DNA of 64,000 bases, from the NCBI GenBank assembly GCA_050287085.1, contig JBNKBE010000016.1:32001-96000 (forward strand), read 5' to 3'. The notes under the pieces were generated by a model. The model worked only from the letters and a program-made list of their open reading frames with translations. It made no database searches and was not told where the DNA came from. The position numbers and the translations under genes are program-made. Origin of the DNA: Polyangiaceae bacterium. GTDB lineage: Bacteria > Myxococcota_A > Polyangia > Polyangiales > Polyangiaceae. Shown here one piece after another: positions 52,277 through 61,567 of this stretch (positions are counted from its first letter, which is position 1; every line of letters starts with the position of its first letter).

Positions 52277-54241
52277 ATGGACGCTGCAACTTCGAATGAG
52301 GCAAGCCTTGACCGCGTAAGGGCTTTGGAGATGGAAGTCGAGGCTTTGAGCTCCGCGGCTCGTGAACAAGAGCGCATGGTGCTCGAGGGTTACGAGAAGA
52401 TGGACGAGATGCTGCGACTCGTCGAAGAGCAGCGGGACCGCCTGGAGGCATCGAACGGGGATCTGGCCCGCGCCCAGGCCTACTTGGACAACGTGGTGGA
52501 CACCATCGACGAGGCCTTGTTGGTGCTAAATCCTGCCGGCAAGGTCACGTTGGTAAACTCGAAGCTGCTAAGTCTCACGGGCTTTGAGGTTGGCGACGTG
52601 CTTGGGGGCGACCCGCTGGAGTTCTTCTGCGCGAAGGAGCTTTCGGACCTGGCAGGGGGGGAAGCGGTGGATAGCGGCGCAGCCCTGGCACGCGTGCTCA
52701 CCAAGAAGCGTGGCGAGCACTTGGACGGTCACTTGATTACTCGCTCTGGAGACCGCCTCGCTCACCTATTTCGCTGGTCGAATCTCTACACGAAAGCCGG
52801 AAAACGAGAAGGTGTGGTCATCGTTGGCGCGGATGTGCGTCGACTGCGAGCGACCCTCAACGCCATAGAGCGCGCCAATGCCGAGATGCGTCTGATCTTC
52901 GCCACGGTAGATCAGGGTCTGATGTCGATCGACAGCAATGGGACAATAGCGGCCGAACGCTCTGATCGGGTAGAGGAGTGGTTCGGCGACGTGGTCGAGG
53001 GGTCGAGAGTTTGGGAGTATTTGGGAGCGAAGGATCCCACCTTCGCCGGTATGCTTCGACTCGGGTGGGAGACGGTCTGCGAAGGATTCATGCCACTAGA
53101 GGTGTGCGTGGAGCAATTACCAAAGCGCATGCGACGTGGCGAGACTACGTATGACGTTGGCTATAACGTCATTGTGGACGGCGAGACGGTTACCGGCGCG
53201 TTGATAGTCGTCACAGACGTTAGCATTCAGCTGAGAGAGGCTGAAGAGCGCGCGCTGCGCGAAGAGCTGGCGGATACCGTTGAGCGCATCACTCGCGATC
53301 GTCAGGGTTTTCTGGAGTTCTTCGAAGAGACTCGAAGGATCATGGCCACACTGCTACGTCCCACAAAGGGGCAAGAGCTAGACAAGGTGACGACTTGTCG
53401 CGCGCTGCATACGCTGAAGGGCACGTGCGCCCTCTTCGGAATTCAAAGCGTGGCACGGGCGAGCCACGCCGTTGAGGAGAAGATACAGAGCTTTGGCGGT
53501 CCGCTCGGTCCTGAGGAGAGGGATGCGCTGGGTGCAGTCTGGGAGGTATTCGAGGAGCGTGTGCGGAGACTGTCCGGCGACGCAAACGCCCTCCAGGTAA
53601 ACCGTGACGAGCACGCGCAGCTCTTGGCCTTGCTTGAAGCGGGCGACGAGCCTGCGGCGGCGCTCCGACTGGCGCGGCGTCTTGCGTTGGAACCGACCAC
53701 AAGCCGTCTGCAGCGGATGGCCAAGCAGGCACAGGCGCTCGCACTTCGGCTCGAGAAAGGGGAAATCGACGTGGTGGTTTCTTGTGGAGAGGAGCGCTTT
53801 GACGCGGCACATTGGTCCGCGTTCTGGGCGTCGCTGGCCCATGTCGTGCGCAACGCGGTGGATCACGGTTTGGAAGCGCCGGACGTTCGCAAGGGGGCCG
53901 GCAAGTCCGAGCGTGGACAACTCACCCTGCGCACCGAGCGTCGAGCCAATGAGGTTGTGATTGAGGTGGCGGACGATGGCGCAGGGATCGATTGGGAAAA
54001 GCTTCGAGCTATAGGTCGGCAGCGCGGGCTGCCTCACAGCAGCGAGCAAGAGTTGTTGGACCTGTTGTTTGTAGGTGGCGTATCGACTCGCGACGAGGCG
54101 ACAGAGACGTCCGGTCGCGGCGTCGGCATGGACGCAGTCAAAGCGGAGTGCGATGCGTTGGGTGGCCGCATCGAGGTGCAATCACGCGCGGGGGAAGGAA
54201 CGCATTGGCGCTTCGTTTTCAACGCCCATCACGTTCTCTGA
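52277..54241 (+). CDS. Cytoplasmic kinase: coiled-coil+PAS input, PAS-like domain, Hpt and CheA-type HATPase (no CheW domain)
   Basis: KMDE...LE.SN..L..AQ.Y...V..T....L.V....G.V..VN..L..LTGF; LHTLKG; HVVRNAVDHG; DDGAGID; SGRGVGMD.VK; starts 2 bp after the protease stop. Confidence 0.88.
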   Translation: MDAATSNEASLDRVRALEMEVEALSSAAREQERMVLEGYEKMDEMLRLVEEQRDRLEASNGDLARAQAYLDNVVDTIDEALLVLNPAGKVTLVNSKLLSLTGFEVGDVLGGDPLEFFCAKELSDLAGGEAVDSGAALARVLTKKRGEHLDGHLITRSGDRLAHLFRWSNLYTKAGKREGVVIVGADVRRLRATLNAIERANAEMRLIFATVDQGLMSIDSNGTIAAERSDRVEEWFGDVVEGSRVWEYLGAKDPTFAGMLRLGWETVCEGFMPLEVCVEQLPKRMRRGETTYDVGYNVIVDGETVTGALIVVTDVSIQLREAEERALREELADTVERITRDRQGFLEFFEETRRIMATLLRPTKGQELDKVTTCRALHTLKGTCALFGIQSVARASHAVEEKIQSFGGPLGPEERDALGAVWEVFEERVRRLSGDANALQVNRDEHAQLLALLEAGDEPAAALRLARRLALEPTTSRLQRMAKQAQALALRLEKGEIDVVVSCGEERFDAAHWSAFWASLAHVVRNAVDHGLEAPDVRKGAGKSERGQLTLRTERRANEVVIEVADDGAGIDWEKLRAIGRQRGLPHSSEQELLDLLFVGGVSTRDEATETSGRGVGMDAVKAECDALGGRIEVQSRAGEGTHWRFVFNAHHVL

Positions 54242-54380
54242 GATGAGCGCTGCGATGAGCCGGTGTCGTCACTTCGTGACGAGGGGAAGGGCGCGACCGA
54301 CGCGAGCGGGAAGGCCGTCGCTGGATTAGGGAATGCTCCTAGCCTGACGCTTGCCGTCCCCGTGAGCTTGGAGCCGAGCG

Positions 54381-55682
54381 CTAGAAGCGTGTGGAGTCCA
54401 AGCGGACCATGGCGCTGTGGTAGCTGCCCTTTTTTGAGGCGCTCCCGGCAGCTTTGGCCACAACGGCCTTGGGCGCGCGCTGGCCGCGGTTGCTCTTGTG
54501 GACGTAGCGAGGGGCTTGTCCTGGGCCCGAGACGTCGACCCAATACATGCGGCTTCCGCGCGCGTCCATGTGGACGTGTGTTGCGTTGGGGTAGTAGCCG
54601 ACGCCTGTACTCGGCAGCGTGAGCAGGAAGTCGACCAGAGCGGTGTTGGGTACACCGGGAATACTGAAGTCGAGGGCACGCCCCAGGCGGTGCTTGGAGT
54701 GACGCGCAAAGGAGCGCTCGCGATAACCGCTTACAACTCGGATCGGCCGACCTCCAAACTCATCGCTAACAGTCACTATCAACTTGTATAGCCGCGGATC
54801 GAGTGTGATCTGTACTTTGCTTCCCGTTTCCCAGGAGGCGAGCAGTGACTCGATGTGTTTCCGTGCGTCGGGCAACACTCCGCCCTGGGCGTCGAGGACT
54901 TGACCGCTCCATTGACCGCCGAGGGTCTTCAGGGTGACCCTGCCGCGCTCGAAGTTTCGCTGGGCGTATTGGCTCCACGCATTGGGCCGAGTGAGGTGCG
55001 TGTTGGCATTGGTTATCGGGATCTTCAATCGCTGTCCGACCCGGATCAACGCGGAGCGACCCAGTTGGTTCAGCTCTTGGAGTGTCTTGGTCGGGACAGT
55101 GTAGCGCGCCGCTATCAGGGATAGTGCCTCGCCGGGGCGAACCTTGTGCAGGTAGTGTTCGGCTTCGGCAGTGGGGCTCGGCTTCACAGTTGTGCGGCGC
55201 GGCTTCTGCTGCTTGGGCGAGCTCGCGGGAGGGGTTGTCGCGTCGCTTGTTCCTGGGGCGCGCGTGCCGCCCGCTACGATCAACCTCTGGCCCACCTTGA
55301 GCAGGCTGCGTTCGTTGAGGTTGTTGTGGCGACATAGCTCGCGTACGGACACCCCCCGGCGCTCAGCGATGACTCCGAGGACGTCTCCGGGGGCCACCGT
55401 ATATAGACTGGGAAGCAGCAAGACCTGACCTGGCCGGATGGCGTCCGTGGCCAGGCCGTTGACCTTGCGGAGAAGGTCGAGCGAGACGTCCTCCCGCTGG
55501 GCGATCAGGCTCAGCACGTCGTTTGGGCGCACCGTATAGGTGGCTCGCTCCGGCTCGCGAGACGAGCTCGCGGTTACCATAGCCTGGCGTGCCCCAGCCT
55601 TTTTTGCCCAGATATTGTGTGTCCAGGCTGTTGCTAGGCACAATACCAACCACCACGTTCGGAAGCGTCTCGCGCGCACCAT
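54381..55682 (-). CDS. Triple-LysM protein with C-terminal peptidase M15/DUF882 (YcbK-like) domain
   Basis: Three Y.V.PG/ND.L..IA LysM repeats; LDPRL, VVSGYR, SKH..GRALDF, GVGYYP, HVHMDAR. Confidence 0.88.
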   Translation of the reverse strand: MVRARRFRTWWLVLCLATAWTHNIWAKKAGARQAMVTASSSREPERATYTVRPNDVLSLIAQREDVSLDLLRKVNGLATDAIRPGQVLLLPSLYTVAPGDVLGVIAERRGVSVRELCRHNNLNERSLLKVGQRLIVAGGTRAPGTSDATTPPASSPKQQKPRRTTVKPSPTAEAEHYLHKVRPGEALSLIAARYTVPTKTLQELNQLGRSALIRVGQRLKIPITNANTHLTRPNAWSQYAQRNFERGRVTLKTLGGQWSGQVLDAQGGVLPDARKHIESLLASWETGSKVQITLDPRLYKLIVTVSDEFGGRPIRVVSGYRERSFARHSKHRLGRALDFSIPGVPNTALVDFLLTLPSTGVGYYPNATHVHMDARGSRMYWVDVSGPGQAPRYVHKSNRGQRAPKAVVAKAAGSASKKGSYHSAMVRLDSTRF

Positions 55683-56635
55683 GGGGCTGCCCTAGACCGA
55701 GGCGGCCACACGGGGCAAAAAACCTACATGCGCCGACATTGGTTTGGGAGAGGGTGACTTAGGTGTCATGCTGAAGTCTCGGCAGAATTTGCGTCCGGCG
55801 ACGACGTGCGGGTGAAGGATCCGGGCTGAGGAGCGATTAACCCCCGTGGAGGCTCTTGGGGTGAACCCGTCGTGGGGCGCTCGCCGGGCGAGCGATTCGT
55901 TGACCTCCTGGACGCTGCGGGCGCCCGTCGTCGTGGCGTTGGTCGCGTAGCTCTTGTGCGAGCATCGCGTCCATTGGGAAGCTGGAGCACAGAGCATCCG
56001 TGCACGAGCAAAGTCTCCCGCGGGCAGGCAAGACGTTAGAGCTGAACACGGCTGGCACAAGCAAGCGATGTGTTCATCTTTTGAGGCATGCTGCGATGGC
56101 CTGTGTCTGCGTCGCTTTCGGCGCTTCAGCTTACTGCCTCGAAGCAGGGGTGAGGCTGCCTCGATGCTGCTGCGTATGCGAATGGCCGATCGGCTCATTC
56201 TGCGATCGCTGGGTCACAAGAGCCTATTGGGATAGGCTCTTCGCCGCTGAGGGACCTGCTTGTTCGAAGAATGCTTACGTCGATACAAGGATCTGACGCG
56301 CTACACCATTAAGACTCTAGGAAGGACATCATCGCGTGTGTCCAAGAGTTTCAATTAATGGATTCGAGGTGCCGGGTAGCGGCTCCGTTTCCAGCGCGCA
56401 CTAGGGTCGGCCTCGCTTGGTGGCGGGGCAGATTCTTCAGTGGTCAACGTTCAGGTTTTCGATGTCGTCGTGCGGCCGTTGAGGACGTGGGAGCGGCGAT
56501 TCACACAGCGGTGTGACGACCTGTTGCACCGAAGAGCCGGCGTAGGGACAAGCGGGCGGCTCGGAGTCGGGGCGAGCCTCGACAGGGCTGACCTAGCGGC
56601 GCCGAAGAGTCTTCAAAATGCAGGAATAGGAATCG

Positions 56636-58033
56636 ATGCTAAAAGAACTCAAGGTCTCTCGTCGTTTCGCGCTGCGCGGTGCCCTTTCGGGCATTGGCGT
56701 AGCGATGTGGTTGCCCGTGCTCGACGTCATGTGCAATGGCAAGGGCGACGCCTTTGCGCAAGGAGAGGCACTACCTACGACATTTGGCATCTGGTTTTGG
56801 GGTAACGGGGTGCATGCCCAATACTGGACCCCTGATGTCACGGGTCGCGGGGATGCGTGGCAACTCAAACGCAACATGGAGCCCTTTCAGAACGTCAAGG
56901 AGCACATCACCTTGGTGACAGGTCTCCAAATGCTCGACGGAGGATTCAAGGGGCATGGTTGGGGCAACGTCTATGTGCTGGCCGGTGGTGATGGGCAGGA
57001 GGCGACGGTCATCTCGGACATCGACCGCCATCAGAACGTGGCTTTCGAGGCCAATTCCGCGACCCAATACTTGCCGACGATCGACCAACTGATCGCCGAC
57101 CAGATCGGGGGGGATTCCCTCTTCAAGTCCCTTCAGACCGGCGTAATGGAGTACCGGGGTATGGATATGGGGACGACCAGCAAGTACCTCTCTCACCGGG
57201 GGCGAAACGAATACTTGCCTCAAGAGAAAGACCCCAGGCGCTTCTTCGACAAGCTGTTTGGAGCAGGGCAGAGCCCGTCCGAGGGTACGTCGTCGGCCAG
57301 CGCATTGTTTTCTAAAGAGCTGCGCCGCAGCACCCTAGACGCCGTGTTGCAAGACGCAAAGAGGTTGCAGCAGCGGCTCGGCGTCACCGACCGGGCTCGC
57401 CTGGAGAGCCATATGGATCGCGTCCGCGAACTCGAGGCGCAAATCGAGGGCATTGTCATTCCCAGCGACGGTGGGATAGGTGCGTGTTCACTGCCTGCGG
57501 AGCCCTCGGCGCCGGCGGATAACACCGCGCGCAGCAAGGCGCTGAATCGGCTCTTGGCTACCGCCTTGGCTTGCAACCTCACCCGTGTGTTCACTCATCA
57601 GTGGTCAGGTGGGCGCGATGACAACACCTACCCCGAGATCGACATCAACGCCGACCATCACGGGCTAACGCACCGAGGAGGCCCAGAAAATGAGCTCGCT
57701 GCGGACATTGAGCGCTACATCATGGAGCAATACGCGGACTTCGTCCAGGTGTTGAGCGAAACGCAGGTGGGGGCCAAGACACTGCTCGACCAGACGCTGG
57801 TCTACGGCATCTCAGACTTGGGAGAGGACCCATACAATCACAATATGACCAACTACCATGTTGTTCTCAGTGGTCATAACGGAGGAAAAGTCCCCGGCAA
57901 TCAGCACCTTCGCTTTCCTCGGCGCAAGCTAAGCGAGTTGATGCTCACCTTGCTTCAGACGATGGGCGTCGAGACGCAAGAGTTCGGCACCTGGGATCGG
58001 ACGACCCAGACCATCCCCGAAATCTTCGGCTAG
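56636..58033 (+). CDS. DUF1552 family protein
   Basis: SRRFALRG...LP.LD.M, F.GNGV, TIDQLIA, S.LDAV..D..RL...LG..DRARLE.H...VRELE, ALACNLTRV. Confidence 0.85.
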   Translation: MLKELKVSRRFALRGALSGIGVAMWLPVLDVMCNGKGDAFAQGEALPTTFGIWFWGNGVHAQYWTPDVTGRGDAWQLKRNMEPFQNVKEHITLVTGLQMLDGGFKGHGWGNVYVLAGGDGQEATVISDIDRHQNVAFEANSATQYLPTIDQLIADQIGGDSLFKSLQTGVMEYRGMDMGTTSKYLSHRGRNEYLPQEKDPRRFFDKLFGAGQSPSEGTSSASALFSKELRRSTLDAVLQDAKRLQQRLGVTDRARLESHMDRVRELEAQIEGIVIPSDGGIGACSLPAEPSAPADNTARSKALNRLLATALACNLTRVFTHQWSGGRDDNTYPEIDINADHHGLTHRGGPENELAADIERYIMEQYADFVQVLSETQVGAKTLLDQTLVYGISDLGEDPYNHNMTNYHVVLSGHNGGKVPGNQHLRFPRRKLSELMLTLLQTMGVETQEFGTWDRTTQTIPEIFG

Positions 58034-58297
58034 CGGTGCAGCTGAAGCACAACCCACGCATGGAAGCCTAGGGCAGGCGAGGAGGTCCAGGCCCGAACCC
58101 GTCGGCAGTGCCTATGCAAGTTGGCTCGCCGTGGCTACAAGGTGGGGGTGTCTTCGAACTGAGAGTCGGGAACCCCCATGGGGACAGCCCGTTGCTGGCT
58201 CCCGGGGTTGCGGGTCGAGGCTGGCTCGGATGGGTGCTTCACGTATTCTTCACCCGAGTTTGGCTGCGCTGCCACGGACGGCCGGCATGGTGCCCAG

Positions 58298-59089
58298 ATG
58301 CTACACGCCTTTCGGCTCTTGCGTTCACAGCTTTCGGCGACGTCGGTCAAGCGCGATGGGCGCCAGTGGCAGAGGCTACTCGCTGCATTGGCTTCAGCGG
58401 AAACACGCAGCAGTGCCGAACACGCTATGCTACTGCGCGAGATCTGCCAGCTGCTGTGCGCGTCTCACGGCGTATTGCCCGAGATCTCCGGCGTCCTGCC
58501 AAGCGGACCTGTGGTCCTTGTGGCCAACCATCTCGGCTACGTCGATCCGTTGGTGATCTGCGGGCTGGTTCCCTGCTCGCCCATCGCTAAGCGCTCGCTT
58601 GCCACTTGGCCCATCGTGGGAGGCACTTGCAAACGCCTCAACGTCCAGTTTCTCGATCGCACGAGTCGCTACGATGGCGCACGGGTTCTGCGGGCCGCGC
58701 GGCGCCTCTTGGGGCAGGGTGTAAGCGTTCTGAATTTCCCGGAAGGGACCACCACCCGGGGCGAGATGTTGCCGTTCAAACGCGGGGTATTCGGTCTTGC
58801 CAAGCGCCTTGGGATCGCCGTTGTGCCCCTGGCGCTCAAGTTTGAAGACGAGGGGTTGTGCTGGGTTGATCAGGAGAACTTCTTGTCGCACTACTTGCGC
58901 TTCTGCACGCGGCGCCCGCATCGTTTGACGCTTCACGTCGGTCCTGAGCTGCGGGCGCGTCGGAACGAGAGTGCTGTGCATTTTGCCCAGCGAGCCCAAT
59001 GCTGGATAGCCCAGCGGCTCGCGTGTCCCGCGACGCCGACGCCCTGGCGCGAAGCATCAGGTCATCCGCGGGCCCTCAGCGCAACATGA
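58298..59089 (+). CDS. Lysophospholipid/1-acyl-sn-glycerol-3-phosphate acyltransferase (PlsC family)
   Basis: NHLGYVD (HX4D), FLDR, FPEGT, PFKRG. Start uncertain (frame open from 58178). Confidence 0.85.
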   Translation: MLHAFRLLRSQLSATSVKRDGRQWQRLLAALASAETRSSAEHAMLLREICQLLCASHGVLPEISGVLPSGPVVLVANHLGYVDPLVICGLVPCSPIAKRSLATWPIVGGTCKRLNVQFLDRTSRYDGARVLRAARRLLGQGVSVLNFPEGTTTRGEMLPFKRGVFGLAKRLGIAVVPLALKFEDEGLCWVDQENFLSHYLRFCTRRPHRLTLHVGPELRARRNESAVHFAQRAQCWIAQRLACPATPTPWREASGHPRALSAT

Positions 59090-59176
59090 AGGGCCAAGTC
59101 TTCGCGGACTCAGTCCTCTGGCTGTAGCGCTTCGCGGACTCCGAAGGAACTGGACTTATGGTCCGCGAAGCATCAG

Positions 59177-60106
59177 ATGTCCGCCATGGATCGTGCTCGC
59201 GGCGGCTCTTCTCTGGTTCTGGCCGCAGCCTTCGGCCTTTCGCTGAAAGGGATATGGGCTCGCCTGGCCTATGCCGATGGGTTGGATGTTTTGGGGGTGA
59301 TGTTCTATCGGGCGGCGCTTGCGCTGCCGCTTCTGCTGGGGGCCGGCTGGTGGGCAGTGGCGCGCGCGGCGCCGGGGGGCGCCACTGCACCGGCTCCAAC
59401 GCTGCGCGAGCACATCCCCGCTGCGCTCCTTGGGGCGTTGTTTCCGCTTGGAATGTACTGTGACTTCAGGGCCATTGATGAGCTAGGCGCGGGCTTGTCG
59501 CGCGTTCTCCTATTTGGCTTTCCGCTCGCAGTGATGGTGTTGGAAAGCGCGGCGGCCCGAAGATTTCCGTCACGTATCCGTCTGCTGGGGTTCTGCGTGG
59601 CGTGGCTTGGACTGGTGGTGGTGGCTTGGCCCCAACTGTCTTGGGGGGCTTCGCAAGAGATCACCGCTCTCGGTTGGGGTTTGGCCTCGTTGTTCTTGTA
59701 TGCATTGTATGTGTGGCGTTCAGCGCCGGAGGCGAGACGCCTGGGCTCGCTGCGCTTGACCGTGACGTCCAACCTGGCGACGACATTGACGGTTGTCGTG
59801 GCGGCCTTGATGGTGAATTCGGGGCGTGCGCCGGACGTAACCCTCGGCGCTGCCGCTTGGATTGGCGCCATGGTGCTGGTCTCGACAATTGTTCCCTACC
59901 TCTTGCTCAACGAGGGGGTGCGCCGCCTGGGCGCTATCCGGGCGAGCCTACTGTCCATGGTCGGTCCACCTTTCACGTTGCTCGCGGCATGGGCGTTTCT
60001 GGGGGAAGGGCTGTCGTGGGGACAAGGGTTTGGCGTTGTTCTTACGCTCTCGGGTGTGAGTCTGGCGCAAGGGGTATGGTCGCCCGCGAGGCTTGTGGAG
60101 GGCTGA
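59177..60106 (+). CDS. DMT/EamA family transporter
   Basis: About 10 TM helices, two EamA halves, GVRRLGA.RASLLS...P, FLGE.L. Confidence 0.85.
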   Translation: MSAMDRARGGSSLVLAAAFGLSLKGIWARLAYADGLDVLGVMFYRAALALPLLLGAGWWAVARAAPGGATAPAPTLREHIPAALLGALFPLGMYCDFRAIDELGAGLSRVLLFGFPLAVMVLESAAARRFPSRIRLLGFCVAWLGLVVVAWPQLSWGASQEITALGWGLASLFLYALYVWRSAPEARRLGSLRLTVTSNLATTLTVVVAALMVNSGRAPDVTLGAAAWIGAMVLVSTIVPYLLLNEGVRRLGAIRASLLSMVGPPFTLLAAWAFLGEGLSWGQGFGVVLTLSGVSLAQGVWSPARLVEG

Positions 60107-60325
60107 GGGCGCCCCGGGCCTCGCAGGGCGCGATCGAGTGGCGGCCAAGCGATAGGTCGACGTTCCAGTCAACATGGAGGTTGCTCGACACACTGCAGGT
60201 CACCGTCGCACAAGAGCGCGCTTCGGCACGGAGGGCGTCATTGTCATGTCATTGCTGCTACCACGCAGGGGTACGGGTTTGCTCGATGTGATGGGCAGCT
60301 TGTTCGACACGCCAGGAGATTGTTT

Positions 60326-61510
60326 ATGATACGCGCTACTTCCGCTCTTCCCGCCATGGTTCTGTTGTTGCTTGCCGGGGCAGCTTGTTCCTCCACCAGC
60401 TCGCAAGAAGGCAGCAACGGAGGCACCTCGACTCAGGCGGGAGCAGGGGCCGGTGGCGGGGCGGTCTCGGGCGCGCCAGGCACGTCGGAACAAGGCGGGA
60501 CTGCCGGTGCAGAAGAACAAGGGGGAACTACTGGCCTCGGCGAAGCGGGGGCAGAGGGCGGCCCCGCAGCGGGTACGGGAGGTACCTCGGGCGCGGCTGG
60601 CGCAGGCGATACCATGACCTCGGGTGGGGCGGGCGCTCAGGGAGAGGGGGGCGCAGCGGGTGCAACCGAGACGGCAGGGGCCGCAGGGGCTGACTCCGGG
60701 GGAGCTGGCGCTGGCGGTTCCGAGGGTATGGAGGTGATGGGCAGCGACGGCTGCGGCGAAGCCAAGACGCTGCAGAATGGAGTGATCAACATTAACTCCG
60801 GGGGCGCGCGCAAGTACTTCCTGGCCGTGCCTGACGACTACGACAACACCCATCCCTACCGCTTGGTGTTCGCCTTTGCAGAGTCGGGGGCTTCCGCGCA
60901 ATCAGTCGTGGATCGGAACTACTTCACGCTCAAGACTCTGGACAGCGAGCGCACGACCATATTCGTGGCGCCGGACGCGGCCAACGGGGCTGGCTCCTGG
61001 AGCAGGTCGGACCTGGATCTGACGGATGCGATCCTTGCGGAGCTCGAAAGCGATCTGTGTATCGACAAGACTCGCATCTTTGCGACGGGCTTCAGCTTTG
61101 GTGGAGCCATGTCCCTGGCGATTGCATGCCAGCGAGCGGACGTATTCCGCGGTGTTGCCTTCTTCTCCGGTGCCGATCTCACGGGCTCTTGCAACGACCC
61201 GCTGACTACGCCCATCGCCTATTACGCTTCGCAGGCCAGCCAGGACAGCAGCGGTCCGCCGATGCCGAGCAGCGGCAGGATCAAGCAGGCGGATTTCGCA
61301 GCGGTCAACGGTTGTAGCCCAGAACCCGACGCCACCACCTTCCCAGCGCCAGGGCAGCCCCATACCTGCACGGAGTACAAGGACTGCTCAGCGGGTCATC
61401 CCACCAAGTATTGCGTGTTTGATGGTCCTCACGGATGGGAGCCGCGGGATCCGGGCGAACAGATGAGCTGGAACGCGCCCGAGGCGTGGAAGTTCATTAC
61501 GCAGTTCTAG
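60326..61510 (+). CDS. Lipoprotein alpha/beta-hydrolase esterase (CE1/feruloyl esterase-like) with Gly-rich linker; paralog of 28970-30190
   Basis: Lipobox GAAC, SDGCG, LCIDKTRIFATGFSFGG, FDGPH, WKFITQF. Confidence 0.85.
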   Translation: MIRATSALPAMVLLLLAGAACSSTSSQEGSNGGTSTQAGAGAGGGAVSGAPGTSEQGGTAGAEEQGGTTGLGEAGAEGGPAAGTGGTSGAAGAGDTMTSGGAGAQGEGGAAGATETAGAAGADSGGAGAGGSEGMEVMGSDGCGEAKTLQNGVININSGGARKYFLAVPDDYDNTHPYRLVFAFAESGASAQSVVDRNYFTLKTLDSERTTIFVAPDAANGAGSWSRSDLDLTDAILAELESDLCIDKTRIFATGFSFGGAMSLAIACQRADVFRGVAFFSGADLTGSCNDPLTTPIAYYASQASQDSSGPPMPSSGRIKQADFAAVNGCSPEPDATTFPAPGQPHTCTEYKDCSAGHPTKYCVFDGPHGWEPRDPGEQMSWNAPEAWKFITQF

Positions 61511-61567
61511 TTCGCCCCGGCTCCAGCTAGCCCCAGCGGGGGTGACGGTTTGCGCTGCGCGTTGCTC

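Noticed and set aside
55692..56198. 168-aa minus-strand ORF
   Set aside because: No recognisable motifs, atypical composition, and no clear RBS.
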